Origin: a virus
Lineage: Duplodnaviria > Heunggongvirae > Uroviricota > Caudoviricetes
IMG/VR virus record: IMGVR_UViG_3300028584_000450
Span: 95,394-159,393 of that record
DNA length: 64,000 nt
Reading direction: 5' to 3' (one strand)
Numbering within the stretch: position 1 is the first letter of the stretch; every line of letters starts with the position of its first letter. The notes beneath the pieces are model-generated. The model had not been told where the DNA came from and searched no databases. It saw nothing but the letters and a program-made list of their open reading frames with translations. Shown here piece by piece: positions 49,456 through 57,984 of this stretch. The position numbers and the translations under genes are program-made.

Positions 49456-49941
49456 CTATCCTTTATTCTTTAATTGTGTTAATTGCTTTGCTACATCTGC
49501 TAAATTCCGCATAGGAACTGATGTTTTAGTTTGTCGAATATTGCCATTAGCTTCATTGATATTGACTGATGGAATAAATGAATTATCCATTAACGGCGAT
49601 TTTGGTATTAATTGATCTGGTTTTGGAGAAGTTCCTGGTTTTGGATAATTAATTTTACTATTAATATCATCTCGTATATCTCCAGCACCTATTATTGGTT
49701 GGTTTTGAGTAATATTTAATGTTTGTATTTGTGACTCCATATTAGCCAATCCAGTAACAACTGCAGTCATGATTCCAGTAAGTTGAGATAAATTATCTGC
49801 AGTTCTTTTTTGAATATCATATTGGCCACAAAGTATACAAAATCCATCTTGCCATTGAACTTTATTACATCCAGGAGTTTTACATATTCCAGATTTATGA
49901 GCGACCATATTAAATGCCTTACGTAATAAATTAGAGATCAT
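49456..49941 (-). CDS. Cys-cluster (Zn-finger-like) and coiled-coil protein
   Basis: 'CKTPGC...GFCILC'; immediately upstream of actin. Confidence 0.65.
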   Translation of the reverse strand: MISNLLRKAFNMVAHKSGICKTPGCNKVQWQDGFCILCGQYDIQKRTADNLSQLTGIMTAVVTGLANMESQIQTLNITQNQPIIGAGDIRDDINSKINYPKPGTSPKPDQLIPKSPLMDNSFIPSVNINEANGNIRQTKTSVPMRNLADVAKQLTQLKNKG

Positions 49942-50311
49942 TTCTTATTTTTGGATGAAAGATGTCTATAAAATCAGATCTACCTAAACTTAACTGCATT
50001 TTAGTTAATTTGGTATTATCTACACTGTCATATATAAATACAAACTCATAAACATTCCCATCAGAATCAATAGTTGAAGATTTGAATTTACCATATGGCA
50101 TTACACCAACATATGGTCCAATATTAATTGTAGGTGTATTCTCTTCATTATTTGGAATATCAATAAAGCTAAACCAAGAACATAACCAATTATACATTTG
50201 GGATTTATCTGAAATAAGAACATATGCTTCACTATTTGGTTTCCAGCATTGAAGGACATAATTCTCAAGTTCTTTAAATTCTTCAGTTTCAAATATAGGA
50301 TTTTTAGACAT
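49931..50311 (-). CDS. Hypothetical protein
   Basis: 126-aa ORF, AAGGA RBS. Confidence 0.6.
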   Translation of the reverse strand: MSKNPIFETEEFKELENYVLQCWKPNSEAYVLISDKSQMYNWLCSWFSFIDIPNNEENTPTINIGPYVGVMPYGKFKSSTIDSDGNVYEFVFIYDSVDNTKLTKMQLSLGRSDFIDIFHPKIRNDL

Positions 50312-50323
50312 TATGATTCCTTA

Positions 50324-50518
50324 TTATTTAGGGATGACATCATTAGCTAGACGATTACTTGCATCTTCTCCACTTCTCAAATCAGAAATATCGAGAACTT
50401 TTCTAACCTCGGCGGTAACATTCAATCTTTGTTGACCATTTTCATAATTACTAATACATATTGGATTTATACTATCCAATTCAACAACTGCAGATTCAAC
50501 CATTTCATTTATATTCAT
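50324..50518 (-). CDS. Small protein with MNINEMVESAVVE leader
   Basis: GAGG RBS before ATG 50518. Confidence 0.5.
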   Translation of the reverse strand: MNINEMVESAVVELDSINPICISNYENGQQRLNVTAEVRKVLDISDLRSGEDASNRLANDVIPK

Positions 50519-50532
50519 AATAACCCTCATAT

Positions 50533-50865
50533 TCATATCATTAAAATTTCTCCACAATATTCAGCACCAAATACTGTAAAAAAATTAGCTAAAATTACAC
50601 GATGACAAAATTCATTTGCTGGACAAAAACATACAAAAACAACAGTCTTTAAATTAAGAATTCGGTTCCACTCAGCCTGATTATTAGTATATGATTTTTC
50701 CATTAAAGATTTATATTGATTGAAATATGATTCTTGAGATAACCCATGATATTTAAATCCATATACCAATTCTTTTGTAGGGGCAAATACACTATTGCTT
50801 TTATATGTAATATCTAATCGATCTTCTCCACGATATTTAAATTGAGATGTTGAGATGCGAACCAT
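50533..50865 (-). CDS. DUF488-family protein
   Basis: 'RLDIT...FAPTKEL...YF..Y...VFVCFC...FCHR..LA'. Confidence 0.7.
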   Translation of the reverse strand: MVRISTSQFKYRGEDRLDITYKSNSVFAPTKELVYGFKYHGLSQESYFNQYKSLMEKSYTNNQAEWNRILNLKTVVFVCFCPANEFCHRVILANFFTVFGAEYCGEILMI

Positions 50866-50881
50866 ATAAATAACCTCCTTG

Positions 50882-50916
50882 AAAAATACCGATGTAGTGT
50901 GGACTACATCGGTATT
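50882..50916 (-). terminator. Rho-independent terminator
   Basis: 14-bp stem AATACCGATGTAGT / ACTACATCGGTATT running into a T tract. Confidence 0.8.
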
Positions 50917-50924
50917 ATGAATAA

Positions 50925-51377
50925 TTAGTTATTTCGAAGCTCTAATCGAACTTGCATTAATATATTACCTAAAACATTTTCACCTACAATTAATGCACAT
51001 TTAGGGCATTTGCAATTACCAAAATGATTATCGTGCCAATAATTTCCTTCTTCAATAAATTCATCATTGGTATTTATTAATTTGAATTTAAGAGGTTGAT
51101 ACATAAATTTTTTTCGAACTAATTCTATCATGATGTTGTTTTTTATCTTATCCCAATCTCGTCTTATTTGGATTTTATGTCCTAAATATTTACTTTCTTT
51201 GGGAGTTTTTGCATTTCTAATTAATTCACGATCCAATAATGAACATGCTTTAGTTGCTTGGAATGCATGCTCAACACTAGAATATTCATAACCATCTTGT
51301 AATATTATACATGGGAAGAAATTACTTAAGAATGAGTATTCATATTTAAATTGATTTATCATTAGCAACACCATCAT
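50925..51377 (-). CDS. NADAR-family protein
   Basis: 'FLSNF', 'SVEHAFQA.K', 'RRDWDKIK', 'EGNYWHD', 'GENVLG..LM.VR'. Confidence 0.88.
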   Translation of the reverse strand: MMVLLMINQFKYEYSFLSNFFPCIILQDGYEYSSVEHAFQATKACSLLDRELIRNAKTPKESKYLGHKIQIRRDWDKIKNNIMIELVRKKFMYQPLKFKLINTNDEFIEEGNYWHDNHFGNCKCPKCALIVGENVLGNILMQVRLELRNN

Positions 51378-52407
51378 TATCTTGATATAATTTTCTATTT
51401 AATTGATTTCTCTGAGTAAATTCTTTACATAAATCTTCGTGGAATTCTTTAATTCGAGATAGATATGTTTTTGATGGAACTGAAGTTGATATTTTAGTTT
51501 TTTCATTTTCAAGAAATGTTACAGTATCATATGAATATCGTATTCCATATTCAGATAACATCTTTCGTTTAACATCATCGATCGCCAAATCATAAATACA
51601 TTGTGGCATCGATCCATATTTAGTTTTAATTAATCCAGTAAGCGAACCATCCTGTTTTGAATTATCTTCACTTCTAAACCAATATATATTTTTATCAGAT
51701 ATACTAGTATGAATTCTATTTTCTGATTGATCTTCAGCTATATCTTCTGCATTGTTCCATGGATTTGCTAAATTAAAACCATCATAATCACCATCATATT
51801 TAATTGTAACATTTCCATTACTAAATGATTCGATTATTGCTGGTTGTTTATGAAACCAAATCAATCTTCCAATCTCTTCATCGATATTTGCAAAATTAAA
51901 TGGATGTTCTGGCATTGTTATTGTCAATTGTTGAATCTTAGATATAATATAATTAAGGTCATTAAAGGAAGATTCAAAAACACATTTTTTATTACATAAT
52001 AATCTAGCAAATCCAAACGATCGAATGGTTGATTTATGGAGTTTATTATCTTGAGATATATTAATATCCCAACATATTCGATTTATTCCTAAGTCAATCC
52101 AAGGAATCCATTCAAATGAAGGAATTCTCACCTCGACATCTGAATTACTCACCTCATCAACAGCATCATATTTCAACCACAGATGATTATCACAATTATT
52201 AAGCCTTCCGTAATCATGAGTTTCATTAGGTCGTCTATATACAGACATTAATTTCTTATGCACAAGTACAGAATAGACTTTTTGAATTCCCTGAGCTTTA
52301 AATTGGGTTTCCATAAAAGAATCATATTCTTTAATAAAGGATTCATAGGAATGACAATCATCTTCATCAGTAAAATCAATTTTTTCAATATCAAAATCAG
52401 GAAACAT
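51346..52407 (-). CDS. Hypothetical protein (353 aa)
   Basis: Long ORF. Confidence 0.7.
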   Translation of the reverse strand: MFPDFDIEKIDFTDEDDCHSYESFIKEYDSFMETQFKAQGIQKVYSVLVHKKLMSVYRRPNETHDYGRLNNCDNHLWLKYDAVDEVSNSDVEVRIPSFEWIPWIDLGINRICWDINISQDNKLHKSTIRSFGFARLLCNKKCVFESSFNDLNYIISKIQQLTITMPEHPFNFANIDEEIGRLIWFHKQPAIIESFSNGNVTIKYDGDYDGFNLANPWNNAEDIAEDQSENRIHTSISDKNIYWFRSEDNSKQDGSLTGLIKTKYGSMPQCIYDLAIDDVKRKMLSEYGIRYSYDTVTFLENEKTKISTSVPSKTYLSRIKEFHEDLCKEFTQRNQLNRKLYQDNDGVANDKSI

Positions 52408-52434
52408 AATATATCCTATTTAGTTAAGTATAAA

Positions 52435-52740
52435 TTATTCTTCATAATCAGTCAGAGTGATCGAACTTAATTCAGATACTGGAGTAACTCCAATCGTACA
52501 TGTTTTTGCTTCAGAATCTATGCCTGGACCAGATGTGCATCTGAACATAGATGGATTCCACCCAAATTCTTCATATGCACTACCATCATTATTAAATGGA
52601 ACAAATATATCTCCAGTTGTTAGTTTAGATGCTTTTACTGGAACCCATTTAAACCAAGGAGAGCGACCTTCAACTCCAGGAGGATCTGCTGGTTTATCAG
52701 GATCGATTATCACTAACTTAATTAAACGATGACTTTCCAT
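52435..52740 (-). CDS. Hypothetical protein
   Basis: 101-aa ORF coupled to upstream stop. Confidence 0.55.
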   Translation of the reverse strand: MESHRLIKLVIIDPDKPADPPGVEGRSPWFKWVPVKASKLTTGDIFVPFNNDGSAYEEFGWNPSMFRCTSGPGIDSEAKTCTIGVTPVSELSSITLTDYEE

Positions 52741-53699
52741 TATTTATATTTCTCCATAAACATTTGAGTTCTAGCTTTGGCGAGTGTATTATTTTGAAGC
52801 TTCTGTTGCATTTGTGAAGCATATCGTTCACTCATAGATCCAATCTCACGAAAAATAAAACTATTAACTTGTGGATCAGCAATATATTTTATTAGATCAA
52901 ATAAAAAGAACATTGGAGGTGCAGCTCTCCCTTGTAATTTAAGTTTAGAAATTCCACATTCAGTAATTAATTTTTCAACCTCAAGAACTGATAATAAACA
53001 TGAACTAGATACACATCTATCATATGTATTTGTTCTGCGTGGGCATAATGATTCTCTATAATTGTCATTATTATCTAAATGATTTAATGCTAAATTACTT
53101 AATGAATCATAATGGGCTTTTCTTAAAGTACAGTCAGATAAGCAATATTCATTTACTAAAATTTCAAGAGTATCACAATTCAATCTTTTAATTAAATTAT
53201 ATTTTCGATTAGCCTTTGGTGGTAAAACAACAATATCATATTGATCTTGTTTAGCGCTAAGATAATCATAATTATCATTATCTGGAATACAAGAATGGAT
53301 TGTCTTAAATCTAGGAAAATTGGTTTTAATATAATCAAACATACAATCTTGAGAAATGATTATAGATACATTTTCAACTATCGAATCTAATGCTTTTAAA
53401 ATTTGATTGCCATAATCATCTTGCAAATGGGAAGGATTCAATAAATGATTACTACATACTAAACTAAATCCAACATTAAGAGAATTGTATAATTTTAAAA
53501 TTCGCTCAATCTCAGATAACTTAACATTATCTCCACCAGAAACTCGTCCACTATTCCAAATTAGATTATTGAATGAATCATATACCCATTCAATTTTTCC
53601 TCTCATAGAATTGTGAGTTTTATAATGATTAAGAGTTTGGGAAATAATACTTTCATGTCGGATGGCACCTGCAATTCTCCAAGTTACATTTGTATACAT
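52740..53699 (-). CDS. Peptidase U32-like (UbiU/UbiV/RlhA-type Fe-S) protein
   Basis: 'EILVNEYCLSDC..R..HY', 'KLQGR', Cys-rich. Confidence 0.7.
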   Translation of the reverse strand: MYTNVTWRIAGAIRHESIISQTLNHYKTHNSMRGKIEWVYDSFNNLIWNSGRVSGGDNVKLSEIERILKLYNSLNVGFSLVCSNHLLNPSHLQDDYGNQILKALDSIVENVSIIISQDCMFDYIKTNFPRFKTIHSCIPDNDNYDYLSAKQDQYDIVVLPPKANRKYNLIKRLNCDTLEILVNEYCLSDCTLRKAHYDSLSNLALNHLDNNDNYRESLCPRRTNTYDRCVSSSCLLSVLEVEKLITECGISKLKLQGRAAPPMFFLFDLIKYIADPQVNSFIFREIGSMSERYASQMQQKLQNNTLAKARTQMFMEKYK

Positions 53700-53720
53700 A
53701 GAATGTCCTTTTATTGAATA

Positions 53721-54119
53721 TCAATTATCTAATAATATTGATGTTAGAATTTCCTCAAGTTGATCGAAATGTGTATATGGTATTATAACTAATTTCGTCG
53801 AATATGTAGACATATATTCGCGTTTAATTCGGTCATGATGTAATGTTTGGTAATGAACTTTTTTTGCATTGAATCCTTTATTAACAGGAGAATAATGGTG
53901 TTCTCCTTGATATTCAATACATAAGTTAATTTCAGGTAAATAAAAATCAAATCTTAATAATCCACCTTTTAATCCAATGCATCCTGAAAACTGTTGTTCT
54001 TGTATATATTTAATATTTTTTGAATCTAGAATTTCGGCAATTCTTTTTTCACCTTTAGATACCCGTTTACCATTATGATATCTTCGTTTTCGCCGTATCC
54101 GTTGAGAAGTTTGAGTCAT
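53721..54119 (-). CDS. Vsr/DUF559-like PD-(D/E)xK endonuclease
   Basis: 'SKGEKRI...RFDFYLP...IEYQGEHHY...D..K'. Confidence 0.8.
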   Translation of the reverse strand: MTQTSQRIRRKRRYHNGKRVSKGEKRIAEILDSKNIKYIQEQQFSGCIGLKGGLLRFDFYLPEINLCIEYQGEHHYSPVNKGFNAKKVHYQTLHHDRIKREYMSTYSTKLVIIPYTHFDQLEEILTSILLDN

Positions 54120-54155
54120 TGTGATTGACCTATAATTAAATTTATGAAATATTTG

Positions 54156-54169
54156 ATATAGATATTAAA
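54156..54169 (+). promoter_or_regulatory. Candidate promoter motif ATATAGATATTAAA
   Basis: About 30 nt upstream of an isolated + strand gene. Confidence 0.5.
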
Positions 54170-54195
54170 ATTCTAACAATAACAAAAAGGAGATA

Positions 54196-54471
54196 TTGTT
54201 TATGAAATCAATAAAGAAATTAAGATGTGGGAATGATATTAAACTATTCCTTCCAACGGTTAGTGATGATTTTATTCTAAACAAGGAGACAATCATGGAA
54301 TATATTACACAGGATGAAACAAAGGTATTTATAAATAAGTATGAATTTTCAGATAATTTTCAGATTCATTGGAATTTAATTCCTAATTATTATCTATTTA
54401 AAGAAATGATTGAAGATGAAGATTTTCTAGGAATAGTATCTGGGGTTTTTGATATTGAAGTGACAATATGA
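54196..54471 (+). CDS. Hypothetical protein (isolated + strand gene)
   Basis: AAGGAG RBS, own promoter-like motif and terminator. Confidence 0.7.
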   Translation: MFMKSIKKLRCGNDIKLFLPTVSDDFILNKETIMEYITQDETKVFINKYEFSDNFQIHWNLIPNYYLFKEMIEDEDFLGIVSGVFDIEVTI

Positions 54472-54479
54472 GGTTGGGT

Positions 54480-54512
54480 AACAGGACATATTATTGTCCT
54501 GTTACTTTTTTT
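54480..54512 (+). terminator. Rho-independent terminator
   Basis: AACAGGACA / TGTCCTGTT plus T tract. Confidence 0.75.
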
Positions 54513-54735
54513 AACTAACATATTGAAATCCATCTGGAGGTGGAACTATTTTAGTAGGAGATACTTCATATCCAGATATAAAAAAATAAACATCTCCATT
54601 TGGTTTAATAATTGCAGCTCCATATGGATTATGTAATATATTATCAACATGAAATGCTACAGTTCCATCTGGATGGGTTTCTTTTTTTATTGGTTTCAAT
54701 ACACCATTATCATCGGTAAGTTTTAAATTAGACAT
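54511..54735 (-). CDS. Hypothetical protein
   Basis: 74-aa ORF. Confidence 0.55.
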   Translation of the reverse strand: MSNLKLTDDNGVLKPIKKETHPDGTVAFHVDNILHNPYGAAIIKPNGDVYFFISGYEVSPTKIVPPPDGFQYVS

Positions 54736-54740
54736 GATAT

Positions 54741-55139
54741 TTATTTTTCCAGTATGCTATCTACAATTTGTATTGAAGGGCGAACACCAAATTGGTGCAT
54801 ATATTGTTTAACAAAGATTTCTTTTCGTTCTTGATTATTTGAATTTTTAAAATTCGGATCATTCTTCATTGCCTGAATAACCATATCATTAATTTGCTGC
54901 TGTTGCTGTTCTTGTTGTTGTTGCTGCTGCTCTGGAGTTTGTGGTTGCTGTTGATTCGGATCTTGTTGCTGTTGATTCGGATCTTGTTGCTGTTGATTCG
55001 GATCTTGTTTTGGTTTTGGTTTTGGTTTTGGTTTTTTTCCAGAAGATACTCCACCATTTGATCCAACATGAATATGAATATCTTGTTCAATAAATAGGGA
55101 ATTGTTAACTAGATCATTAATTGATTTGATAATAGTCAC
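54741..55139 (-). CDS. Hypothetical protein with KP and DPNQQQQ repeats
   Basis: 21-bp unit x3 plus poly-Q. Confidence 0.55.
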   Translation of the reverse strand: MTIIKSINDLVNNSLFIEQDIHIHVGSNGGVSSGKKPKPKPKPKQDPNQQQQDPNQQQQDPNQQQPQTPEQQQQQQEQQQQQINDMVIQAMKNDPNFKNSNNQERKEIFVKQYMHQFGVRPSIQIVDSILEK

Positions 55140-55146
55140 CTATATT

Positions 55147-55425
55147 TTAATTTACAATCACATCTGGAGATCCTTGAGCTTGTGTGGATCCACAACTAAC
55201 ATCATCTCCAATAGTTTGTATATATTTACTATTAGAATAAACATCATGAACCCCAACATTAGATCCACTATGACATGAAGATCCACATCGATGAACTGGT
55301 CTTGTGTCTGAATATCTCACAACATGAATCTTATTAGCAAATACATCTTTACTCCAGGATGAACTCGCTCTTGGAGAAAAACAATGGCCACTACAAACAT
55401 CTGAACGTCGAACTACTCCTGGCAT
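55147..55425 (-). CDS. PAAR-type spike tip protein (T4 gp5.4-like)
   Basis: 'D.CSGH', 'VH.C...CH', 'IGD.VSCG....QGSPDV.VN'. Confidence 0.85.
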   Translation of the reverse strand: MPGVVRRSDVCSGHCFSPRASSSWSKDVFANKIHVVRYSDTRPVHRCGSSCHSGSNVGVHDVYSNSKYIQTIGDDVSCGSTQAQGSPDVIVN

Positions 55426-55524
55426 ATATCCTCCTTATATATAAAATATAATAACTGTTTATTTATACTTGTTATATCTATATTTTTTTTATCATGATAA
55501 AGGACTATTATTTAAATAAAAAAA

Positions 55525-55929
55525 TTAATTAGGCGCCCCAAATGATAAAGTTGCCCAAAAATGATTAAGTGTAAGCTCGCATGGATATTTATTAAATTTT
55601 CTAATAATTAAAATGCAATCTGGTCCATGCATTGAACATAACTTACACTTATTAGACATATCACCATTAATTGTAGATTGAATTTTAGATGCAACAGATT
55701 TAGTTGATATGTAATAATTAGCATTAATCATGCCTACAATCAATTCAAAATCATTTTTTGCACCGCCAATATTACTCAATATTAATCCAATAGTCCTAAA
55801 AGCCAATTTAATAGCATGAATGGTGATGTGGAATATATTTATAATTAATTTCAATATATATTTTTTAATATCATATATACATTCTATAATCTGATCTTTA
55901 ATATCAATTTTATTCAACAATCTATGCAT
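55525..55929 (-). CDS. Hypothetical protein
   Basis: AAGGAG RBS before ATG 55929. Confidence 0.55.
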   Translation of the reverse strand: MHRLLNKIDIKDQIIECIYDIKKYILKLIINIFHITIHAIKLAFRTIGLILSNIGGAKNDFELIVGMINANYYISTKSVASKIQSTINGDMSNKCKLCSMHGPDCILIIRKFNKYPCELTLNHFWATLSFGAPN

Positions 55930-55946
55930 TATAAATTCTCCTTTAA

Positions 55947-55994
55947 TAAAAAAAAGGGTATGAGTCTCAGACATATATCATGTCTGAGACTCAT
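55947..55994 (-). terminator. Terminator-like 15-bp stem-loop
   Basis: ATGAGTCTCAGACAT / ATGTCTGAGACTCAT then T tract on minus strand. Confidence 0.7.
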
Positions 55995-56070
55995 CTCTAA
56001 ACTTCGTTGGAGGCAAAGGTATAGAGATTACCTACATATATCTGTATGAAATTTAAGAAAATGCCTATAA

Positions 56071-56502
56071 TTATGATAATTTAGACTCGAGCTCTCCAAT
56101 TCGTTTATTCATATTATTGATGATATTTTCTAAGACTTGAAGTTTAGTAAGTGCATGATTATCTCTATTGCGAGAATTTTCAATTGCAGCTTTAGATGCA
56201 GCTCTTAAATCCTCAAGTTGGATATTATCTGTCTTTCTTAATTTTTTTGATTTTCCAGAATTTAACCAAATATTATTCTCATATGAATCAATAGTAACTG
56301 GCTTATTAAGTGTAGTTAGATTGAATTCACCTTTAGTTTCAATAATCAAATCGGAAGTTAGATTAAAATTTATACCACCATCAAAATTAATAGTGAGTGG
56401 AAACTCTGAAGAATTTTTAACTAAGATAGTGTTAGTATCTTTATCAAATGTAAGTGTAATAGCACCACCATCTAAATTAAATGCAAGAACATCAGTTGTC
56501 AT
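56071..56502 (-). CDS. Beta-strand-rich / coiled-coil protein (paralog group)
   Basis: Alternating hydrophobic strands, C-terminal heptads. Confidence 0.6.
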   Translation of the reverse strand: MTTDVLAFNLDGGAITLTFDKDTNTILVKNSSEFPLTINFDGGINFNLTSDLIIETKGEFNLTTLNKPVTIDSYENNIWLNSGKSKKLRKTDNIQLEDLRAASKAAIENSRNRDNHALTKLQVLENIINNMNKRIGELESKLS

Positions 56503-56519
56503 AAAAAATACCTATATAC

Positions 56520-56936
56520 TTAGAATAAATTAATAAATCCATAAACATGAGCCCGACTATCCCATGGGCGAATTTTAATATATGCATTTTGTTTAGCAGC
56601 ATCACTAGCTGTAATTGTCTTACTACCACCACCAGATGCACCAATAGTTAATTTATCAGTAAGTGCAAATTCAATATGTATAATCGTTTCAGATGTTGCA
56701 CTTTTCCAAAAAACTAAACATCCTGGAGTAACTTTGGAAACCTTTTTATCTTTGAATTTATCCCAAATACTTTGGGCATTCCAATCTCCAGTCCTTGGTA
56801 GCATACCAACTGAACGCAAAATTTCAATACAAAACCCGCTACAATCAAATCCACTAGGATCATCACCACCCCAAATATAAGGTAGTCCAAGATATGATTC
56901 AGCAACCATAGTAGCAATCTCAAAATTAGTTTTCAT
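56520..56936 (-). CDS. NlpC/P60 cell-wall peptidase
   Basis: 'YLGLPYIWGG...GFDCSG', His in 'IIHIEF'. Confidence 0.88.
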   Translation of the reverse strand: MKTNFEIATMVAESYLGLPYIWGGDDPSGFDCSGFCIEILRSVGMLPRTGDWNAQSIWDKFKDKKVSKVTPGCLVFWKSATSETIIHIEFALTDKLTIGASGGGSKTITASDAAKQNAYIKIRPWDSRAHVYGFINLF

Positions 56937-56956
56937 TTTTAGTTCTCCTTAATAGT

Positions 56957-57289
56957 TTATTTTTGTAATAACTTGGCATCAATGATGTCGAGTTGGGCTT
57001 CATATTCATCAATTTTAATTTGGTTATCAGTAATTAATCCAAATAAAATATCGGATTTATCACTCGATAGGGTTGTTGATTGATTAAGAGTTGATAAATC
57101 TAAATTTGCATCTGAAATAATATCACATGTAGAATCAAATAATACATTAATACTACCACCTAAAATTCTAACAATAATTCCAGACCCACTTAAATTCATA
57201 ACTGATAACTTATTTAATGCTTCATCAAAATTAACAGAAATTGTAGAATCGATTTGTCTTTTAGATAATAAATAATTGTCTTTAAACAT
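56957..57289 (-). CDS. Beta-rich/coiled-coil paralog 1 (MFKD...)
   Basis: Same length and pattern as the two neighbours. Confidence 0.65.
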   Translation of the reverse strand: MFKDNYLLSKRQIDSTISVNFDEALNKLSVMNLSGSGIIVRILGGSINVLFDSTCDIISDANLDLSTLNQSTTLSSDKSDILFGLITDNQIKIDEYEAQLDIIDAKLLQK

Positions 57290-57297
57290 AATATGTC

Positions 57298-57618
57298 CTA
57301 AATTTGAGTTAAAATAATATTTATTCGATTTTGAAGTTCTATAATCTTAGCATTTTGTTCATTAATTAAACTTATTAATAATGAAAATAAGTCTCCAGTA
57401 ATCAAAGTTGTTGTAGATGATGTGTTGATAGTTAATTGTTTATTATCATCAACATAACATGGAAATTCTAAAAATATATTAAATTCTCCAGATAATTCAA
57501 TAGTTATCGTCTTTTTATGATTATTTACTATCGAAAAAACTCTAGTATTTGGATCGAAATATCCATCTATATTTTTAGATAATGGAGTTTTAGAAATAAC
57601 ATATCCATCTTTAAACAT
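57298..57618 (-). CDS. Beta-rich/coiled-coil paralog 2 (MFKD...)
   Basis: As above. Confidence 0.65.
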   Translation of the reverse strand: MFKDGYVISKTPLSKNIDGYFDPNTRVFSIVNNHKKTITIELSGEFNIFLEFPCYVDDNKQLTINTSSTTTLITGDLFSLLISLINEQNAKIIELQNRINIILTQI

Positions 57619-57638
57619 ATCATAATATATCCTTTATA

Positions 57639-57968
57639 TTATTTAATCTTAAGTTTCTTTTTTATTAAAGCAATATTGGTATCGATATTTTTCAATGGTG
57701 TAGTTTGATTAGATATTCGATCAGATATATCAGTATATCCATCTCCAGAAATTTCAGTTCTTTCAGAAATGGTATTTAAATTAAGTAATGATTCTGCAGT
57801 AATTACACAATTATGTTTTAATTTAAAATGAATTTCTCCAATAACAGAAACTACAATTGGTTCACCATCTATATTTATAGCAGTAACTGTTTGAGATTCT
57901 GGATCATAATCAAAATCTAAATATTTCATAAAACTAGGTTTATTAACAATCACTCCAGATTTAAACAT
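57639..57968 (-). CDS. Beta-rich/coiled-coil paralog 3 (MFKS...)
   Basis: Start at 57968 matches paralog N-termini. Confidence 0.65.
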   Translation of the reverse strand: MFKSGVIVNKPSFMKYLDFDYDPESQTVTAINIDGEPIVVSVIGEIHFKLKHNCVITAESLLNLNTISERTEISGDGYTDISDRISNQTTPLKNIDTNIALIKKKLKIK

Positions 57969-57984
57969 AGTCCATATCCTAATT

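Noticed and set aside
48285-50000. parC-like centromere iterons near the actin gene
   Set aside because: No tandem direct repeats seen in the short intergenic gaps
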